Source: Yuukianura sp. NJ FZ-2021 (lineage: Eukaryota). From it: a stretch of DNA of 64,000 nt. The notes under the pieces are model-generated. The model was not told the DNA's origin and did no database searches. It saw only the letters and a program-made list of their open reading frames with translations. Location of the stretch: NCBI GenBank assembly GCA_046563655.1, contig CM102286.1:2480001-2544000 (forward strand), read 5' to 3'. The translations under genes were made by a program, and so were the position numbers. Position 1 is the first letter of the stretch. Each line of letters opens with the position of its first letter. This document shows, piece by piece, positions 63,810-64,000 of the stretch.

Positions 63810-64000
63810 CTAAAATCGAAAATGTCGGGGAGAAAAACGGCGGGAATTTAAGAAAATAAAATTATCCATTAATCGATTACTCACGCAGCAGAAAAAAATC
63901 CAATTAAATTCCATTTATTTTTTTGTTGGCGGTTTCAAATGCTAACAAATATCGGCAAAGTTTAACGTTGCCAAACTTCTGCCTGCAACTTGGCTGGGAC

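Overview
AT-rich, intron-rich eukaryotic DNA with GT-AG introns mostly 60-100 nt. It is an arthropod, plausibly a springtail or other basal hexapod; the taxon is inference only. Left to right: last coding exon of a PP4R3/SMEK (falafel) gene; a head-to-head pair of ciliary genes (CFAP36 on -, DNALI1/p28 on +) separated by a 10 x 59-bp tandem array and an RFX X-box; and a 13-exon FAM234-like gene (6.8-27.1 kb) whose introns hold a nested antisense secreted-peptide gene, a tRNA-derived SINE and several MITEs. These are followed by a single-coding-exon sex peptide/MIP receptor (SPR) whose TGA is followed by a 103-codon in-frame extension (stop-codon readthrough candidate); a hAT MITE; a bacterial-type DUF5077+DUF3472 gene with a spliced signal-peptide exon and TATA box (probable domesticated horizontal transfer); and a young 5'-truncated LINE. 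The last gene is a 21-exon type I membrane protein with 3 LDLa + PVR/VEGFR-like Ig region + 3 LDLa + TM and no visible kinase. All gene models were spliced by eye. Family names come from motif recall, not database searches.
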